Shown here: positions 59,448 through 64,000 of the stretch, piece by piece
Position numbering within the stretch: position 1 is the first letter of the stretch
Layout of the letters: each line of letters begins with the position of its first letter
The notes under the pieces: model-generated
The model's database searches: none
Seen by the model: the letters and a program-made list of their open reading frames with translations, nothing else
Told to the model about the DNA's origin: nothing
Position numbers and translations under genes: made by a program
Assembly: GCA_029838195.1 (NCBI GenBank)
Contig: JALGVJ010000042.1
Coordinates: 15,224-79,223, forward strand
Source of the DNA: Promethearchaeota archaeon
GTDB taxonomy: Archaea; Asgardarchaeota; Lokiarchaeia; Sigyniarchaeales; SOKP01
Direction: 5' to 3'
DNA length: 64,000 nt

Positions 59448-60530
59448 ATGGCATTCATGAGAAACGATAATATTATAAAAAAAGATAAAGAAAAGCTTGA
59501 TCCTTCTCAAAAGGAAAAAGATTTTCGAATTATTTTAATTGGAAAAGGAAACGTGGGCACCAGTTTTTTAAAATTACTAAATGAAAAATTAAGCTTGTTA
59601 AAATGGGAAAATCATCTTAATATTAGATTGATTGGTGTTTTTGAGGTTGATGGTGCTTTAATAGACGAAAATGGCATTGATATTGAAACTTTATTAGATA
59701 TAGGAGAGAATTTTCGTGAACTTCCTTCTTGGCAAGAAAATATAAAAGCAAAAGATCTCATTGAAAAGTTAAAACCAAATGTTTGTATTGATACAACCCC
59801 CACTAATTCCAAAACGGGAGAGCCTGCCATAACTCATCTCTTTGAAAGCATGACCCATAGAATCGATTTTATTACTTCTAATAAAGCTCCATTTTATCTT
59901 AAATATCGAGAAATCAAGGAATTATCAAGAAAAATGGGCTGTTTCGTGAAATATGAAGCAACCGTAGCTAGTGGCGTGCCTGCTTTATCCATAAACCAAT
60001 ACTTACAAGGCACGGAAATTACAAGTATTCGTGCAATTCTAAATGGCACGTCCAATTATATTTTAAGCAGAATGAGCGCAGAAAAACTTCCTTTTTCCTT
60101 GGCCCTTAAAGAAGCCCAAGAATTGGGATATGCTGAAGCAGATCCCACGTTAGATATAGAAGGTCTAGATGCCGCGGGAAAGTTGGTAATTTTAGCTAAT
60201 GAAATACTGGGATGGGAAAAATCCATAGATGATGTGTTAATTCAAGGAATTACAAAAGTCACCCCCCAAGCAATTGAACTCGCCTTATCTGACGGCTATG
60301 TCATAAAACATTTAGCAATAGCTGAAAATGGGAATCTGTTGGTAGAGCCCCGATTGATTGAGAAGGATTCACCATTAAATATTAGTGGAACGTTAAATGT
60401 AATTGAATTAAATACTAAACATGCAGGTCCTATCGTTCTAATTGGCAGGGGCGCAGGTGGATTTGAAGCGGGCTCTGCAATTCTTAATGATTTGTATGCT
60501 ATTTTGAAAGAACGAAAATATATTAATTAA
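59448..60530 (+). CDS. hom: Homoserine dehydrogenase
   Basis: GKGNVG, TSNK, YEATV, ILNGTSNYIL, AQELGYAEADPTLDIEGLDAAGK and GRGAG motifs. Confidence 0.95.
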   Translation: MAFMRNDNIIKKDKEKLDPSQKEKDFRIILIGKGNVGTSFLKLLNEKLSLLKWENHLNIRLIGVFEVDGALIDENGIDIETLLDIGENFRELPSWQENIKAKDLIEKLKPNVCIDTTPTNSKTGEPAITHLFESMTHRIDFITSNKAPFYLKYREIKELSRKMGCFVKYEATVASGVPALSINQYLQGTEITSIRAILNGTSNYILSRMSAEKLPFSLALKEAQELGYAEADPTLDIEGLDAAGKLVILANEILGWEKSIDDVLIQGITKVTPQAIELALSDGYVIKHLAIAENGNLLVEPRLIEKDSPLNISGTLNVIELNTKHAGPIVLIGRGAGGFEAGSAILNDLYAILKERKYIN

Positions 60531-60698
60531 ATCTCTACGTTTCCATCTTTTTCTCATTTTGAAAAACATGGAAGATTCAACGTTATCAAAAATAGTACGC
60601 ACGCATGATATCTTCAATTCTTTACATTCAGAACATTTTAAATTAATTAGCCGAAATGTAAATGCACAAAAAAAGCGTTTTTAACATTAAAAAGAGTT

Positions 60699-61205
60699 TT
60701 AAAACCTTTCATCTAATTCTATTCCACAGTTTGGACAATGCTTTATTTTACGCAATGGAGTAGATTCATCAATAAATTTTTTTAATTCGCTTGTTAAATT
60801 AGTATAAATATCTTTAAACATGATTTCTTCAATTGAAATTAATTTTAACTTTCCTTTATGATATAAATTTAGTTTCTCTTTTTTTCTTTGTAAATATTTT
60901 TTACCAAAAAAGCCCCAATATTCCATGTAAATCTCATGCTCGGGTAAATACCAATCACATTTAATCGGATTTCCTTTAACCTTTATTTTTTTTTCATACT
61001 CATGTTCAATGCCGTTTAAGTGAAGGAAATTATCAATAATCAATTCTCCTTTCGATTTCACTACATGTCCATCAATGCATTTATAACTGGAGGGCTTTAA
61101 TCTTTTTTCCTCTTTTTTTAAAGTTTTAAGTAAGAAATATATTAAAATAATTACGAATAAAACGAAAATAATAATAAAAACTAAGGAAATATTAATTTCT
61201 ATCAT
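60699..61205 (-). CDS. Membrane-anchored PD-(D/E)XK-like nuclease-domain protein with a terminal CPNCG
   Basis: N-terminal TM; GHVVKSKGELIIDNFL..YE..DWYL..EYWG. Confidence 0.7.
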   Translation of the reverse strand: MIEINISLVFIIIFVLFVIILIYFLLKTLKKEEKRLKPSSYKCIDGHVVKSKGELIIDNFLHLNGIEHEYEKKIKVKGNPIKCDWYLPEHEIYMEYWGFFGKKYLQRKKEKLNLYHKGKLKLISIEEIMFKDIYTNLTSELKKFIDESTPLRKIKHCPNCGIELDERF

Positions 61206-61415
61206 TGTAAGTAATCATTAGTGTGTTTGAAATTTACATTTAAATTTTAATCAATTAGGTAAATTGTTTAATCATTTTTAAAAGTTTTTTATGAAACATG
61301 AAATAAAAATGAATTTTTATAGTAGGATTGATTTCAGCATCATTCATATCTATATTTACTTTGGTAAACTTAAAGATAAAATACATCAATTTTAAAAAAT
61401 AAAAAAAATGACATG

Positions 61416-62516
61416 TTAAAGACTTTTTTCCAAGATCACTTTTGCTCCAATCACTTTTCCTGCCATGCGTTTTTTCACATTGGTTAAATTCGCTTCGTTA
61501 TCCATTGCCACGGATAAATATCCTTGCCCTCGATGGAAAGGAAATTTCTCTTTTTTTGCCCTTTGACACGTCATGGCATATTGATAGACCGTGAGCCCTC
61601 TCCGTCGAAATTCCTTATCGGTGACCCAAGCATGTAAATCCGCTCCTAATAATTCCCCATTTTTATCCTTAAGAAAAATATCAGGAATGATGTAACCTCC
61701 TGCGCATATCTTTCCCGTGGGCTTGTACCGAACGATCCACATCATCCATTCAGCTCCATTATCAAAGATGAATTTTACCAAGTTATCAAACGTGTTTTCA
61801 GGCTTGGGTGTTATAGCGGCTGAAGCGGGAAGATTGCGGGCAAACAAGTCAAGAAACTCCTTTTTTATTTTCATCATGCCTTCCCGTCCGGGGTTGCTGT
61901 ACTCGAACTCATCAAACGTTGCCATCACAATCTTGCCTTCTTTCTTAATGGGGATGCGGTTGGGATTAACGAGTAATATGGGCATAGAGCATTCGTATTC
62001 CTTGATTTTCGTGTAGAATCCCTTCTCCTGGAAGAGCTCGGGATAAACGGGCGGATTTAGATTATAACGCATGTGAAAATCTTTCTTGCTTCCCCCTAGC
62101 AAGAATCCCCAACCGAAAATCGTCACCGGAATGTTGATGGGTCCTCGAATGTATTTATAACCATTTTCTTTTGCGTGAGTTATTAAAGCTTCCAAGAGTG
62201 TTTCAATTTTTTCTCTTGAGTGATCGAATACGCCAAAAAACCCAAAATATAAGATATCACCACCGTCATCATCATATATCAAGACCATGCCTTCCACGGC
62301 ATCCGTTTTCTCTCCAAACCCTTGCGCCTCACTCATTTCCTCTAAAAACAAGGCTTTAGCGTTAAATACCTTCAAGTCATTCATAATGTATTCCTTAAAT
62401 TCGGGTAAGATGGGAAGAGACGTCCCAAGAAACAAGTATTTCATAATTTCCTTAGGATTAGAAATAATCGAAATATCATGCACTTTCTCATCCTTTATAA
62501 TATTTTCAACCATCAT
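61416..62516 (-). CDS. GNAT-fold protein (YghO-like)
   Basis: YFGFF, IRGPIN, NPPVYPELF..GF and VTDKEFRRRGL motifs. Confidence 0.75.
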   Translation of the reverse strand: MMVENIIKDEKVHDISIISNPKEIMKYLFLGTSLPILPEFKEYIMNDLKVFNAKALFLEEMSEAQGFGEKTDAVEGMVLIYDDDGGDILYFGFFGVFDHSREKIETLLEALITHAKENGYKYIRGPINIPVTIFGWGFLLGGSKKDFHMRYNLNPPVYPELFQEKGFYTKIKEYECSMPILLVNPNRIPIKKEGKIVMATFDEFEYSNPGREGMMKIKKEFLDLFARNLPASAAITPKPENTFDNLVKFIFDNGAEWMMWIVRYKPTGKICAGGYIIPDIFLKDKNGELLGADLHAWVTDKEFRRRGLTVYQYAMTCQRAKKEKFPFHRGQGYLSVAMDNEANLTNVKKRMAGKVIGAKVILEKSL

Positions 62517-62905
62517 TTTACTTTTCTTTCATGTTCATTAAATTGTTAACTTGAAACCTTAATTTATAATATAAGAGAAGAGTATTTAAAGAAAAAATAA
62601 ATTAAAATTTTCAAAATTTGATCCCTACTGCTTTTTTTTGAAATAGAACCAATGATTTAAATGAATAAGATAAAGTAATAGACGTTATAGAAATTAGAAA
62701 ACTTGTTAAAAGAAAAAATAACCTTTATAGCCTTTTTTCAGGTAAAAGTTCCTCGCTTATTGAATATTTTAACTATAAAAATAAAATTTTTTTACATAAA
62801 TACCAGTCTAAAATATTATAAAGAAATTTAAAATTCATCTCTTAAAATAATTAATTAACCAAAAAATCACAAAATCCTAAAAATACGATAGGAAGAATTA
62901 GTATC

Positions 62906-63535
62906 ATGCATGCATATTGGGCTTTTTCATTTGTATTGGGGAATATTGAAGTAAAACAAGATTATAAAATTGAATGGTTAAAGAAAAAAGTGAAAAATGT
63001 AATCAGAAATGTAAATAATGAGATTATTGGAAAGATCATAAGCAATGATGAGTTTTTGGTTGAAACTATAATCGATCCAGTGATAAATATTTTTTCTAGT
63101 TATGGAACAAACCCTGTAAAATGTTTAGCCATAAATTATGGAGTTCGGTGTTGGAAATCATCCTATTTTTCTATAGAAAATCTGTTTATCAAATACCCAT
63201 TAACAATTAATGCAAAAATCCTTTTTAAATGCCTTCTTGAACCAATAATAAAATTGAAAAAACCAGAAATGATTTTTTACGGACTATGTGATGATCATTC
63301 ATATGTTCAAGAATATTTTCTTATTAAAAATATGATAATAGTGGGTCCTAAACCCCATGATAATTATATTTGGGTAGATCTCTTAGGAAGAAGAACCGTA
63401 GATTCTGAATTTATATATAATTTATTTCCTAAAAAACATGTAACTTTACCAAGTAAGGAAACTTCGCTTACCGAAGACAACATGAAAATTTTAATGGAAC
63501 TTCTTAAAGAATTTAAAAAAAGCGATGAACAGTAA
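62906..63535 (+). CDS. Hypothetical protein
   Basis: 209-aa ORF with no recognised motif. Confidence 0.55.
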   Translation: MHAYWAFSFVLGNIEVKQDYKIEWLKKKVKNVIRNVNNEIIGKIISNDEFLVETIIDPVINIFSSYGTNPVKCLAINYGVRCWKSSYFSIENLFIKYPLTINAKILFKCLLEPIIKLKKPEMIFYGLCDDHSYVQEYFLIKNMIIVGPKPHDNYIWVDLLGRRTVDSEFIYNLFPKKHVTLPSKETSLTEDNMKILMELLKEFKKSDEQ

Positions 63536-63864
63536 TCAGAAGCAAAACTCTTGAAGGATTTATTTTTTGGAAAAAATTAAATGACACCTTAATGCAACAA
63601 AATAATGAAATATTTTACGAATTTTTTGAATTATAAAAATCTTCTATAAGCCTCTCAATTTTTCTCTTTATTTTTTTAGTTTTTAGTTTTTCTTATGAGG
63701 TTAAAAAAAAATAGAACTCAAAATAAATGACATTGTATTCTACCTTATTTTTTCAAAGAATTTCTCAATAATAATAAAATGTATTTTTTTAATACTTGCT
63801 AGTTAGATCTTTTATTTCCTCCTTTTATTAGTTTTCTATTTCATGAAAAAAAGGGACTAGAACA

Positions 63865-64000
63865 TCAGGCGGATTCGGACATCAATAATAATCGCGTGCT
63901 CTGACACGTGAATTGAATGACCTCATGATTTCGGGAATTCTTTTCACGGAATTGCCGCAAGAGGTCCTGAATCTTCCGCCCTCTTGAACATTGCTCGTAG
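63865..64000 (-). mobile_element. Possible end of an insertion sequence (IS4/ISH3-like) running off the window
   Basis: Abrupt GC rise; minus-strand frame ..LLLMSESA* whose TGA overlaps a CAG-starting candidate terminal repeat CAGGCGGATTCGGACA at 63866. Confidence 0.3.

Noticed and set aside
61416-62516. Higher GC in the YghO-like GNAT gene as a mobile island
   Set aside because: A single gene with no flanking repeats or mobility genes; the shift was not quantified
1850-62541. Many 60-150 aa antisense or nested ORFs in the track (e.g. 8012-8323, 11693-11998, 53420-53632, 58617-59066)
   Set aside because: They are shadows of well-supported genes or low-complexity AT-rich frames without motifs
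1-64000. CRISPR array or rRNA genes
   Set aside because: No regularly spaced repeat-spacer units or rRNA-like segments were seen

Overview
AT-rich archaeal chromosome window that looks like an Asgard archaeon (Lokiarchaeia-like). This is inferred from roadblock-, longin- and small-GTPase fusions, a PCI-like domain, TFB paralogues, an archaeosortase and large Ig-repeat surface proteins. It carries about 45 intact CDSs: ppsA, hom with an ACT protein, an MtrH-like methyltransferase, an M42 peptidase, a macro domain, Hsp20, MFS and ABC transporters and two HEPN/MNT modules. The best-supported feature absent from the ORF track is a tRNA-Pro(CGG) gene (42546-42705, minus) split by three bulge-helix-bulge introns at 21/22, 37/38 and 58/59, with an unusual A37. 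Three genes form a candidate Rag/GATOR1-like toolkit: longin-WH-WH, roadblock-GTPase-pseudoGTPase and longin-Rag-like GTPase-roadblock. A HEPN-MNT fusion hinges on an A8 tract. A roughly 1,500-aa surface protein gene has a 642-bp tandem duplication broken by a 73-bp deletion. Five decayed gene remnants at 29.3-33.3 kb show a G:C to A:T (often CpA/TpG to TpA) signature. A possible IS end lies at the right edge. All domain calls come from motif recognition by eye; no searches were run.
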